Positions 12,501 through 25,679 of a stretch of DNA of 64,000 bases are shown piece after piece. Both the position numbers and the translations under genes were made by a program. Within the stretch, counting starts at the first letter, position 1. Every line of letters begins with the position of its first letter. The notes under the pieces were generated by a model that saw nothing but the letters and a program-made list of their open reading frames with translations, was not told the DNA's origin and ran no database searches. Origin of the DNA: Tubiluchus corallicola (Eukaryota > Animalia > Priapulida); the NCBI GenBank assembly GCA_030141605.1, contig JAQGDQ010000233.1, positions 124,001 through 188,000 of the forward strand, read 5' to 3'.

Positions 12501-15094
12501 TCAATGGGAACAGAAAGTCATAATGGCATGGCCTTCCTCTATATGCCGCGGTGCCACTAAACAACTTTTCAGCCGCTCCATTTATTATGTACATTTAATA
12601 AATCAGACAACTGTCATGATTATGAGTAACCCAGCACACTCGTAGAAACCCCATATTTAAGCAAATGGGGTCAAATGTAGTCAAAACTTACATTATGCAT
12701 CAATGTAATATTAGTTAATTTTATCCTATCTTTCTAGTTGTAATTATGGTTAAAAGATGCCACTGGGACTTATGCAGCTTGGGCAGTCGATGTAAGATAC
12801 GTCTATGGAATGGAACAATCAAATTTATTCCATTTCTCTAGCCTAACAAACGAAAAAATACAAAAACTGGATAATTTTTGAAGACGAGCACATGATCAGT
12901 TAAATAGAGAAAAAATACATCGAAGGCACAATGTTCGTATGTTCAAAGGCTTGAGAGACAATATTTTTGTTGCCCATTTATTTTAAAGCAAGGCCAACTG
13001 GCTTAGTTTCTTTATTATACTTATATCTCTGCATATTGTAGTGCATTCAGACTTCGTCTCTACATTCTGTTCAAATTTAAGTCATTTTTTGGCTATTGAA
13101 GTGTTAATTTCGTGTAAAAACATTTCATTCATTACATCCGTGTAATTGCTCCGCAAATTTGTGTTTATGAAAAAGTGCAATCAGTTTATCTGCTGATTAG
13201 ACATTAGTTTTGACTGTGTGTTGTATAGTTTACCAAAGACAGTTGTTATCCAGTGTGAGCTACTGTCCCGAATGGTGAGTGTGTTTACGTCACAGAGGCA
13301 GCAAAGCGATAGACCAATATGCTTGACGTCAATTGTGCTGATCAGTAATGGTGCTCGTAATTCCATTCCTCTTAACTGGAACTTAGTAAGCTAATCCACT
13401 CTGCGTAGATGGCAGTAGAGACCTGTCTTATCTAAATTATTATTAATAAGTGAGTCTTGGGATTATTGTAATTATATTGGAAACCACCAATACCGACATG
13501 CTGACTTGTTCACCATTAAGAGAAGCAATGGCATGTACGCAATCCTAAGTCAATAGAAAAGCTTAATTGTTTACTACATCTAGTTGTCACTGGTTCCTGC
13601 GTGGAAGCAAACTTATTGGAATTTTTATTATTTTATAAGTTGTGATGCCCCTGATCATTTATTTCCTATAGGGGAATCAAAATCGGGCATACTGCGTTAG
13701 TTTTACATCTCGTAACAGAATCGAGCTAGTATCATAGCCTCTAATTGTGTGGATGCAAATTGGTATAAGCGGATGTTAAAAATACGGGGGACAATGGCCT
13801 ATTTACATTTTGTATACTAATGGATTTGAAGAAAAAAAGATCAAATGGCACATATTAAAATAATTAGTCAAACAATTTAATCAGCAACAAATTCCAAAGC
13901 GATTCACAACAGTTCAAGCAAAAAGTTCAATGATGACAAATATTTACAAAGCTTGGAATTAGTAGGATATAAACATTTGCATAAAGTTCATGTCTGCCTA
14001 CTATGTACCTAGGTTTTTTCGGAACACTTGTCCTTTAAAGCGAACAGTTTGTAGAACTTTAGCAATATGTTCCGGTATGATCTCTGCGTCAGAATTCAGT
14101 TGTGATTACAAACGTCCGAGAAACTACTAATTAGTCTTTACCCAGCAAGTAGTATCGAAGAACATTAGGCTAGTATATGTCATGTTTACTATATTTGTAC
14201 GAAAGTGAAAAGTGCCTGCTACCACCAAAGATGTGGTTTTGTAGTAGGTCGATATCCATTTGTCAGTCAGTGAGTAACTCCAATACTGCAGACTGCAAAC
14301 TAACATCTCAAAAACAACTCTGGTGGACGACCACAGGTTACACCAATTAGGCTCTTACAGTATCAAAAATGTGCGTTACACGCCATTTCTTGTGTGAAGC
14401 TTTTTAGTACGGCATTTCTCTTCAGGTAAGATACGACCAAACGACCTACCTCATTCTGTGTCAAATTGCCGTCTATATCTAAGCAGTGTTAAACGACCTT
14501 GATTTAGAGTACCTCACTATAGATGCGACAGACTGACAAATGTGGGTCATGATTCAATGTGAATGAGGCTTAATGATGCATAATTACACATAAGCATAAT
14601 GTGAGAACTACTAAATATAGGGCGAAACGTGACATAAGTACTAACAACAATAAAAATAATATTACAGAAATTTACAAAACAAACCTATTACATCACTGAG
14701 AGGTGGAAAAGATGTTAACAACTTTTTTGCTAACTACTTGATTGCAGTGCATGTGTAACTGCACGTCGTCAACTTAGACGAATGTACGCATACATTTCTA
14801 GGCGTAAAAGCATATCTTTAATTGCAACGTACATTAACAGTATCTTAACAATATGTAAGCGTAATGGTCGCTAATACAGCGCAAACTTTGCTTATACATG
14901 TACATCTAGAAATGGCATACATTATATTATACAATCATCTTTCATCTACTATGCATTTAAATCGACAATTGAAGCTCGGACGGAGGGAGTTACCATTATC
15001 CGTTTTGTCTAAAGTGCACTCACTAATTGTGTTTTGTCTAATTACTACTACACTATATCTTGACTTGATGTATATACTTTTATTATGTGTACTT

Positions 15095-15790
15095 ATACAA
15101 GGCTCAAGTTTTCCTGACAAATCAGACTGCTGCCATCTACAAACAATTGGCGAATCTGGCGACTCAACAGTCTCCATCCAAGGATATCAACGACCTGTCG
15201 ATAGACGAGATTGTCGATTTTATGAAGGAACAGTTTGACCCGAAATTCTTCATTGTGCGAGAACGTTTCAAGTTCTGACATGCAACGGAAGCCAGGCGAA
15301 ACGCTTCAGGAGTTAGCAGCTCTCATATGCCAAGACGCTGTTACCTGTGACTTTTCATCGATCAAAGACCCTCAAGATGAAGCTCTGAGGCAGAGATTCA
15401 TATGCTCTGTCAAAAACGAAGCTGTCTTGAAGGCTATTTTCAAGAAATCTCTGGGTACTCGCTACTTCAACGTTAAGGTCTTTCCTCATGGTCCAGTATG
15501 GAGGTGACACTGGGAACAGCTACGTCCGCGCTACACTTCTGCGGAGGACTTTGAACTTGGTGATGAAACGGACTTTACTTCTGAGCTTCCACCTGATCAT
15601 CCAATGGAGATCCTGGAAGAACTGTCAGAAACTCTGAAGCAGGCCAGAGCACCTTTGCCCAAGCCCGAGACCAAGCCGTCTGTGCCAGAGTATGGACCGG
15701 ACAACCCCAGACGATCCAAGAGAACACCCAAGCCGAGAGATAGACTTTGATGTTGATGCTTTAGATGTAGCATCAGTTTCGGTGAGGAGG
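15095..15790 (+). mobile_element. Ty3/gypsy LTR retrotransposon internal relic: gag fragment joined to the integrase C-terminal tail
   Basis: FMKEQFDPKFFIVRERFKF..QRKPGETLQELAA..DAVTCDF..DEALRQRFIC is gypsy gag-like. It is followed directly by LGTRYFNVKV..VWR*HWEQLRPR..PRRSKRTPKP (pol end) and a polypurine tract GGTGAGGAGG at 15781-15790. Confidence 0.85.
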
Positions 15791-16201
15791 TGTTGTGGAG
15801 ATCCATTAGAATTGAATAGAAAGTTGTAGAATGTTCTAAAGAATAGTAGAACAATCTTCTTACCTTGTGTACATGCGCAGCGAATGTTTACTGTAACGAT
15901 AGAAGCAATCGTAGATTCTAGAACCTTCTATTTGGTACGCTGTGCGTGTAGTAGTTTCAAGATTGTTCTGGTGTTGTCCATTTGCATTGATATATAAGGC
16001 GGAGCTGGCCGCTCATTATTATTCTCAGATTCACACATTATCGCACGCAGTTGCGTATGCAATTTTCCTATTACGTGACTGTACGTATTTTGAGTTCCTA
16101 CATATTTTGTGTTGTAGAATTCTCACACAATAAATCTGTTTGATTTGACAAGGTGTTTTCTTGTTTTCTCTACGAGCCGTCCGAGAGAAAGAAACACAAC
16201 A
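15791..16201 (+). mobile_element. 3' LTR of the gypsy element (411 bp)
   Basis: Starts TGTTGTG right after the PPT and ends CACAACA (perfect 7-bp inverted termini). Internal TATATAAG at ~15991 and AATAAA at ~16129. Confidence 0.88.
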
Positions 16202-17272
16202 TACTTAGAAAAGATTTATATATACACTCATACATATACTTCACCTTGAAAGTCCCAGAATTGTCATAATCAGAATAATTACAGAATTTGTTTACCTATC
16301 TATACAACGTTAAGATTAATTATCTTTAATGTTGTTATAAATTTTTTTATATTGCAGCAATTTTCGAAAATATGGTAAACTTTTTGTTAATTAAGATACG
16401 GATCAACTAAGTCGACGTATAAGGTATTTTGCAGCCGCAAGTATAAGTAATTTCCAGATAACTATTAAATGGAGCATGTAGACATTATTTATAGTAATTA
16501 TAGCAACAGCAGCGCCTTATTTGAAATTACAGGTTGCCTCGTGCGCTTATTAAACGCACTGCATCTAATCTAGCACAAATATATTCAATGAATAGCGTGC
16601 TAGGTCCCATAGATTATAGGGTAGTAATTGCTCAGGTATCGCCCAATCAACGATATTAATTCGCCTAGCCGAGTGGAATCCATATTATTATTAGAGTAAA
16701 TCTCGTATAGCAGTAATCTTGTGCTAGTAAAAGTAAAACAGGTAAGTCCAAGTTTTCCACTAAGCTCATGCTTTGCAATTGTGAAGAAAAAAGAAACTAA
16801 AGATGTATTGTGTACATTTTGGTCAAATGAGTGAACCCCGGTGTGCTGGTTCATACAAACTCAATTCATTTCTTTCTTTTGAGGCGCGTTACTGTTTTGC
16901 ATAGATCGTCAAACTTCTAAACCTTCCTCATTAACGAGATACATTTTGAAATACACTACATTCCTAACGAGATACACTACATTACTAATCATGGTCAGAA
17001 ATAGCAGTCAAAACAGCGGTTGTGGGGTTCGATTATTGCAATCGGTGTCGAATGTGGGAAAAGCAATTTGTCCAGTTTGCAAACAGCAATAAAACGTAAT
17101 TTACGTTTATTATAATTGGCGCTCTAAACAACTTGCCGCTTTTGCACCCAAAACCAACCAATACACAGTTCGCAAGCCGCGTCTATCCCCGCCCACCTTG
17201 ATTACGTAACACACATTCTCACAAACTCCCTCGCTGCAAGTGCTTACAACATGTAAGCAAACTGACAAACAT

Positions 17273-17585
17273 GGAAAAATTTGGTATTAGTAAGTTTAGT
17301 ACAAGTAAATTTGGTCCTAGTAATTTTGGTACGAGGAAAATTTGGTACCGAGAAAATTTGCTGCTAGGAGTTTTTAGTACAGCGAGATTTTAGCACTGGG
17401 AAAATTGGGTACAGGGAAATGTGGTCCTGGGAAGATTTAATACAGTACTAGCGAAGGTTGGCAAGCATTTTTGGTACAACTAAATCTGGTACAAGGTAAA
17501 ATTGGTACGGAACAGGTTTGGTGCTAGGAAAATTTCGTTTTGGAAAAGGTTAACTGGTACTAGGAAAATATGGTACAAGGAAAGT
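17273..17585. repeat. Degenerate 15-16 bp minisatellite, consensus about GAAAATTTGGTAC(T/A)AG
   Basis: Roughly 18 abutting diverged units by eye. Confidence 0.8.
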
Positions 17586-18803
17586 ATCTTTTATAAAATC
17601 TACAAAATGATCATACGTTTAAGTTTATATGAGACATTAAAAATGGTCAGCCTTAAAGACCTATATAAGCCATTAGGGTTTAAACAACATAAGTTAATTA
17701 CCCCATTGTCCTTGAATAATACGTCAACACTTTCCTATTGCTGTTGCTGAAGTTAGAATTTTAGTCAGTTAGAATATCACTAAACTAACAATTGAAGAAA
17801 CTGGTTACTAGCGAGATATATCGTCGAAATATATTATGAAATTTAGCTATTGGGTATTCCGACACAACATCATGTTAGCTACATTTTATAATCATATACT
17901 TTAGTTTGCCCTACAACATGGTAAGTCCCTTTCATCAGTCTTGCTTTAGTTTTAGCAGGTGCTGACCAAAAGTTAACAAACGGACAACAAATCGGTCAAC
18001 ACGAACGCAATATTTTCTTCTAACATGCAACGAACGTGTTTTATTATTGTGGTTTCAAATCCTTTCACATAACGCCTTGCGTTTAGTTTTGAAACTACTT
18101 ATTGCTTTCCTTTTGCTCTTTTCTCCATTTTACAGATAGTTGGAATCATGTACCTTCCCCCTAAAATTACATAAAGCGAAAATGTTTACTCAGTGTCCTC
18201 GTTAATTTTCTGTTGCTTCTGATATTTCCAGCCTAAGCACAGTAAGAGCAGATACAAAGCACCTACTTGCGAATCTAGTTTTATCTTGGGCCTCTTGACT
18301 GTGAAATTCTTTACCGAAAAATCACAAAGAATATACCTCTTATCGGTAATAAATTTCTGAACTTATGGACCTGCATTCACGTTGTCACTTTCTATGTATC
18401 TTTGCCTCTGGGTGACAATAAATCTTGTTCTGGTTGGGCTATTTGTATAAAAAAATTAGAATTGCTCAAATGAAATTAAAAAGTCTAATTATTAGTTTTA
18501 CATGTCATTTCAAAATAAATATGATGAAACTTTTAAATAGCTGTTCGTTCATAAAAAATGATAACGCATAACCAGTACAAAACCCTAGCCGTAGGATTAC
18601 CCTTATTAACAGTCTTAAACAGAAAATATTGAGCTTACCCTCAAACTCTATTTATATAATTGCTATATCTCTTGTAAGCAAATTGAAAGTCCAAAGGTTA
18701 TTAAGTTAATGCATTTAACATGATACAAAAAATGCGAGCAATCCCTGTGTAGGAGTGTTCGACGAATATTGGGTTAACCACTTTTTCTACACTGTATAAT
18801 TTT

Positions 18804-18873
18804 TATATAACTTTGTTTATTGGCGTCCGTATTATCTAACTGCCTACTACAGAGTCATTTTAAACAAGTTCAG
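18804..18873 (+). promoter_or_regulatory. Putative TATA box and short non-coding first exon of the 237-aa gene
   Basis: TATATAA at 18804, consensus donor CAG|GTAAGT at 18873/18874 and acceptor CACTTTCAG| at 19256 define a 383-bp 5'UTR intron. Confidence 0.5.
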
Positions 18874-19278
18874 GTAAGTGTAATGAAAAACATCGTGCTT
18901 AATTAAAAAAAATTGATAATAAATTAGGCAACATAGATGTTACCTACAAAATGTAGTTTAAAATGTTATGCTGCTCTGTTATGCAGTAAAATGGCTATAA
19001 TTTTCAGAGTAGACATTGAAAGTTAAAAATTGCAGTAGCTTATGGTCAGTCACTGATTCTAGATACACAAAAAGCCTGTTTAAATTGCGGTGGAAAATAA
19101 AACAATAAATATTATACCTATAATTTGGTGGTTGTGTTTACAAAGTAAAATTCCAGTAAGTGCTAAAATTATTATTTTAATAAGGCTGTAATTTTGTAAC
19201 AATTAACTAGCCTCTGATTAAATGGCCTACAGAAAATGAATGTTTATCACTTTCAGTTAATCGTCGCCACTTGATAGA

Positions 19279-19992
19279 ATGGATTGTGAAAAACTATTCA
19301 TCTATTTACTGTTTATATGGAAGCTGCAAATCTATACTGTCTGTGGTGAAGAATGTCCTTGGCCTCTATGCAATATCAAAAAGCAATTAGACCAATTCAA
19401 AGAAAGGCGTAAACCGACAGACGAAAGAACTGCAATTAAAATTAATGCTGCGAAGAAGGTTAATCAAATAGATGGACAATTAAATGGGTTAAACGGGAAA
19501 AATGGGGAAACGATAAATCAAAAGTTTGAGGAGCGTTCAAGAGAGAATTTGCGGCTCGAGGAAAAAAATGAAAATAGGAATGCTCATATTTCTGCTAACA
19601 TTAAAAACTTACTCCTCGAACGCTCTTCTCATGATGCATCCCTAGGTCAACAATACGGTATGCTAAAAGAACTACAGAAAGAGCGCGATGTCAGAGCCAC
19701 TACTACTACAGGCCCCTGCAGTGATGACACGAACTGGCAATTGGTAGTAGCAATGACAGCAATCTTTTCATTCATAGCCGGTTTGCTGTTCTCAGCGTGC
19801 TGGCAGTTGTGTTTGCTAAGGTGGTGTCGCAGTCTGGATTGCTGGGAAAATTTAGAAGAGAGATGCGAGCCATGCTGCAAGTGCTTAAAAGCAATTATCT
19901 TGTGCAGGCTGTGTTGTAAAGCCTGCGAGGAGGAAGATACTAGGCGACTGTGCTGCTGTTTGGTTTGCTTAGCTTGCTTGAGACGTGATTAG
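19279..19992 (+). CDS. Uncharacterised single-pass membrane protein with signal peptide and Cys-rich C-terminal tail (237 aa)
   Basis: Longest ORF in the track and uninterrupted. AGAATGG start context with in-frame upstream TAA at 19258 and a splice acceptor at 19256. Hydrophobic N-terminus (aa ~6-23), TM segment (aa ~153-180), 17 Cys in the last 64 aa; AATAAA at 20335 and 20671. Confidence 0.8.
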   Translation: MDCEKLFIYLLFIWKLQIYTVCGEECPWPLCNIKKQLDQFKERRKPTDERTAIKINAAKKVNQIDGQLNGLNGKNGETINQKFEERSRENLRLEEKNENRNAHISANIKNLLLERSSHDASLGQQYGMLKELQKERDVRATTTTGPCSDDTNWQLVVAMTAIFSFIAGLLFSACWQLCLLRWCRSLDCWENLEERCEPCCKCLKAIILCRLCCKACEEEDTRRLCCCLVCLACLRRD

Positions 19993-22110
19993 AATGATAC
20001 TGAAACATGACTTTTCCGACGTTCTCTCCGAAAAGAACAGATTTGCATGAAAATACTAAATTCGATTATAACTGTCGACATTTAACTGTTTAAAAGCACA
20101 AAAGAGTTCGACTAAATGAATGAATGACCGCCAGAATATCACTTTTGGCTGATTTCATCTCTAACACTGGATCAATCTACCTGTATCTCATCCTAGAAAA
20201 TTATACTACTAATGAGCTAGCTTCCTGTTCTGCCACAACCTTCAACGTTAAACAGAGTAAGAGCGCAACGGTGTTGAAAGCTGGATACCACTTTGCAGGG
20301 TATTCAACCGTACCTATATGTATAAAACTAGCAAAATAAATGGACAAAACTAAAATTGATAACAATATGACACAATCTGGCAGTCAGCAATTAACCAAAT
20401 GTAACGTCCTAGTTACATACAACGGTATCTATACATATACAAATTTATCCCACGAAAATAGAAAAATCATTAGTAGCCTAATTTAGTGAAAGGTTCAAAG
20501 CACCAAGTGTTTATGCGCTAAGTCACAGTGTGTGTGCAATAAGCACAGCTCGAATATCTAGTGAAAAGCTAAAAAGCTCGTCTAATTTTCTGTGCTGTTC
20601 CATTTATTAACCTTGCATACGTACTCTTCAACAATAAGCTGTTAATTAACAGCTTAAAAACTATCAGTTGAATAAAATTTGAATTCGAATGCATAACAAT
20701 GCATAATTAATTAAATAATTGCATAACCACGAACCACTGGCTCAAAGTTATTTGAGAGAAAACAATCTGATTGGTTGGTAAGTTACTCTAGTATGAGTAA
20801 ACTAAACTAAGGAAGTGCTGCAATGATTAGTGATTTGAATCTGTCTTTATCACAAAGATTGAGTAATCTAGCTATCTAAGACGTGAGCTTGTTATTCAAA
20901 AGCTGCTGGTTCGACACTAGGCTCAGTTCCTATTTTCTACATTTCTTTCTTCCGATGATAGTTGAGATTAAATAAGTTTAGCGAATTTTAGATCTACATT
21001 CATTACTCTAACCAAAGACATTTGGTCTGAACTCAAAATCCCTGAATAAAAGCAAAGACATACTTTGAACTTTTCAGCTTTTCTTCTTTAAGTTATATTT
21101 GCGTTCCAAAAATTTAGTGTGACTTCAGTCCATATGTACACGTAATAAAGAACTGTACATAAACACTCTGAAGCTGGCAAATCGCGATATCCAGAAAACT
21201 AAAAATACAGGCCAGTGTCTGACATTAAGTAACATGAACAACTGATTTTTTAAAACTCTGTTGACAATCTGAGATAATTACTAAATTCTTGAGTTTTTCC
21301 TTGCTATCGAAAACAGTATCAAAATTAATGAATTCTATGATACCATGCAGGCAAATTTTTAACCACTCCAGTGTATAATGTATGTGTGTTGTGTCATGTT
21401 TTTCTAATCATGTTTTCGAGCTTTTTTGTAAAGACAAACAGTCCTAGCTGCTACATAGTCTAAGCTCATTTATCACTTATACGATTAACGTATATTTAAT
21501 GATTTGAAAACCACTGAATCGGTTTTAAATAAATTTGCAGACTACTATTTTTCACGTTGACCATAATAATCTAAATAGCATCTAAAATTGTGTATCCTCG
21601 CGATTGATAATATTGTTTTAGTGCTTCCGTCTATCAAATATAGTTAAGAGTAGTAATATTTATGACCAAGCTGTTCATTAAATGAAGTCAGTTTCTTTTA
21701 TGTTACTTTACTTAGTAAATAAGCACTAGACGTAGGAATTTTGTTTCAGTCATAACTTTTATTTTAACCCAAAATATGTTTATTAACCATTTTTGTTCAT
21801 AACAATGATAATGTGATGTGAAAGTCTAACTGACCAATCGTGAAGAGCTGATCGTTATGCTTTTGGGGACATACCAACCAGGTCTCAATTCTGACTGGCT
21901 GGCTAGATGTCCTGGAAAGCTGAAAGGCCATATTGAAAAATGGTCAGATATAACTATGCAGTGGCCAGTGGTTTCTTTGATATGATGTTCAAACCAAAAC
22001 CGGTGCTTTATTCGTTATTACCTTCTTCCTGTTTGTTAGCTAACGGTGTTGTTTAGTTCATTAGTGAACCCTCGGCTTTAAATTAGGCATTCGTTGTATA
22101 AGGCAAAAGC

Positions 22111-22392
22111 CAGTGCCGGATTTAGGTATAAGCTAAATAAACTACAGCTTAGATCCTCATAATCTGCATGAGGCTTCAAGAAGATTCCAAAATGGGTTTT
22201 ACACTCTATTTTAAAATTAAGTAATAAATAAGTACCATTCTAATGATAAAATAATTTATATTGTTCACTTTGCTAGTAAATAATTAAAAACATATATATT
22301 TTCAAGTTTTCCGGGAGCAGCTGGTGTAATTTTAAAAAAGAGAGCCTAAAAGCTTATATAGCTTAGAGCCACACCGAGTCTAAACCGCTCTG
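22111..22392. mobile_element. MITE with CAGTGCCGGATTTA-type termini (hAT-like)
   Basis: Left end CAGTGCCGGATTTAGG pairs imperfectly with right end CCTAAACCGCTCTG; AGCTTAG subterminal motifs at both ends. Confidence 0.6.
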
Positions 22393-24759
22393 CATTGACG
22401 TGCTACCTTTGCTTTGACTGAAGACCTTGAAATCAGTTTTGACGAACGAACTAAATGTTTGCTCTGTAAAATTAAATAACAATAAACCTGACATGTGTTT
22501 ATAAAAGCAAAAAATATTGCAAAACGTCTTTTATTTGTTACAGGACATTACAGCATATAAGTTTATAATTACTGTATTCTATTTATATAGGTATTAAAAA
22601 CAGTCTGGTAATTAAGGTATGCTCACTTGGGCATAACGCATTCATGTGCCTGGTAAATGTTGCTTTAGAAAAGCCTTGCTGTTATGACATTCACAATTAA
22701 TATGCAGACAATAATAGTCTTGATGTATGAGGCTGCAGTTAATGTCTCTTTGAGTTTGGGTACATCCTGTTATGCTCATTATAGTTATGGTACATCATGG
22801 AACAAAGAGATCCACTAATTTGTAACGCAGCGACCAGAACACTAAGATGCATTAATATTGATCTATTATTGTCATTATATTAATAATCATGATAGTCTAA
22901 TTATATTATAACAGATTCTTTATATTCTGTTTGTCAAGGCAAGTAGATAAGTAGTTATGCGCACTCGGTCATACTATTAACCAATTTATAACACTTTCAG
23001 GAAAAACTCTTTCAGCTTCTTGTTTAATATTCGATCGAGCTTACTACCTTTATGCTTTTACATCTCCTGAGCGTGCGCACAGAATAAAGAGTGGCCAATT
23101 TTAGTTATAACATAATAAGCTCGTATTTCCAACAGAAAGGAAATAAATAGTTTAAAACCACTTGAGACTTCTTTCAAAGATCTATAGATAAAGATAGGTT
23201 GCTCTTTCACTTCGCTGTTTTTGCCATTCTTAATAAGTGCACTTTCAAGCGACGAGTAGTATAGCGTCTGCTACATCCGGGAACGGCAACGGTGCAATAA
23301 TAACAACCAGATTTACCAAGCCCCTAAATCCTATCTCCATTATTAATTTCTTTTTTTTGTTTAATTGCTATCTTCCCGACTTGTGAAGTTAGGTTCCCGA
23401 CATTAGGTTTATAATTACAGCTTGCACAATTTTTCTTCCACAAAAATTATTTGTGGCGTGCTACTTTTTCTAACTTTATATTTTTAGCACCTGGCATAGG
23501 CAGCTTATGTAATTGTGAAGTTATACTGGCACAGTAGGAGCCACTGAAATGCCACTGTTTTGAGACTCTGAAATAGTGCAGCAAGTACAAGACTGAATGC
23601 CATACACTGCAGTTATATCATTCATTATGCTTAGCAGCAATAAGCAATTCATTTCTATGATGTCAGCCGCTGCAAAGCTTTTTAAGCTGACAATTGTAAC
23701 CAAAATAGCGTTTTAGAGTGAAGGATAGGTGGTTTTAAGAGAGAAGAAAGGCTTACGAGGCGGGATGCAGAATTTGCTTCGTAAGCAGGTGACTAAGCTT
23801 AACAATTTCTCACCGCTCCTTCGCTATGTCTTTTGTGGAATTTTGCCTTTTTGTTCTGTCTCAACATTCAACGACAATCTAGCTAGTCAGTAGTGCCTGC
23901 AGCACATTAACCGCTCGCTGTGTGAAGTCGTAATAAATCAAACTCCCTTCCTTGATTTTTACAAGATTTTAATGGTTTCCAAAAATAGCAATGATAAGAA
24001 ACCAAGATTATTAAGCAACAGTTTTATTAAAAAACAAAACTAGCTCACAATATTCCATCTTTTCTTTATCATTTGAATGTGTTCTAATTAATTACTTGCA
24101 CCACAAAATCTTAAGCTATTTGAAGGTAACGTTCAAATTTGGCTCTTTGTTAAAAGCTTAATGACCTGATTTCATCAGCTTTATGTGTTTCAGAGCACCC
24201 GCCATTAACGAAGTACGGCTATAGGTAGATTGCTAAGGCTCTTGGCAGATATTCACTATAGTATCATCACTGATACCAGTAATGGTACAGACTTGAATTT
24301 TCCACTAATCAATATATGTGTATACATGTAGCAGGCTTTGAAAGTTTAAGGTCAATACCGCATTGTGAGCCAATAAATGATCTTGATGGCAGTAATCACG
24401 CGGCTTTTGGCACAAACAACTTTAATACCTGTGAGGCAAACACCTGATTAGGTTTTCTTACATTCTGGTATTTAATTTATCAAAGGTGGCTACGTGCGGA
24501 CAATTTATTGAAAATCGGGCCGTAGGGACAAACAAGTAAAATTACCTCTTTTATATGGAATCTGTAGTAATTAACCATCGGCCTCAAATTAAACCATCAA
24601 GCATTTTCTAAAAAATGTGTCTATTACTTGTATTAGCTAATGGTTAATCGCTTTCATTAGAGAGTAGTGAATTCTATATGTGCTCACTACAGTGTTACTA
24701 AAAAATACGTCGGCAATCAGGCTTGTACTAATAAAGTTAACAGAATTCTAAATGATTAC

Positions 24760-25560
24760 CTTTTGTGAAAGAAGTAGCACAAACCGATAAATCGTTAAAA
24801 TTTAAAGCATTTTCTTCGTGCATAATGTCGTAAGACATTAAAAGATCTTTATAAAGACGATGTAATTCTAATAAGTCTAATTTTCGTTAATTTATTTTCT
24901 ATCAAATCTATATCTTTCAGCAAATATGATTACAAGTAGGGGAACAGTATTACCCAATATAGAAAATAAGGTTTTTACGCAGCATTTAAAAACAGAGACT
25001 GGTGGCCATTTGTCTATTAAGCGTGCCGACTGTCTTGGTACAATATCATATCAAAATAAATTTCAGCAACATCAGCATAAAGCTTAAAAGACAGATTATC
25101 AATGTAACTTGTAAGGAATAACATTAGCAAGTAAAACAAACTTAGTGATCCTAATGTGCTACCTTGTATTTCATTCCAGAAATGACGAACACGCACTGAG
25201 ATATATATACTAATTACAATAAATTTTGACAAAAAAATTTCTGTCCATTGAAACAATTAACCAACAGTACAATAAGCTTTCAGTTTATTAAAAGTTTAGT
25301 GGTGACTAACGGAATCGAAAACATATTGAAAGTCAGTACAGATGACTGCTATTGGCTTTAGGTCGATAAGTGCTACAAGAATGTTCCTGGGTTGTGATTA
25401 AGTTATGGCATTTGAAATTCGTTACAAATCCACATTTTCATTATCTAAATTCAAGTAAGCAAAATGAGCCTATAATTCGCTAGCTAAGTTCGAGCTGTTG
25501 CCCTTTTTATAGATTGGAACTACATAGACAACTTCCCACATCCGAGGAAGGGTCTGAGAC
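24760..25560 (-). mobile_element. Decayed CR1/L2-type RT fragment
   Basis: IQGSTLGS..KLYADVAEIY (PQG and YADD relics), with FDSVSH and ICTDF relics upstream. Confidence 0.65.
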
Positions 25561-25679
25561 TACTGTACATAAAGGAAAAATTATCTGGACTTTTACTAAT
25601 TAAAGTGATTTTACTAATTAAATGAGGCGCTTAGCACATTTTTATCATTAAATCCTAATATTTTTCAGGAATATTGAAA

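Noticed and set aside
17273-17585. Possible CRISPR-like array
   Set aside because: Units abut with no unique spacers, are degenerate, and there are no cas genes; the context is eukaryotic.
20861-20930. tRNA-like segment with GGTTCGA B-box (similar at ~17020)
   Set aside because: No convincing cloverleaf or acceptor stem; at most a decayed tRNA-derived SINE head.
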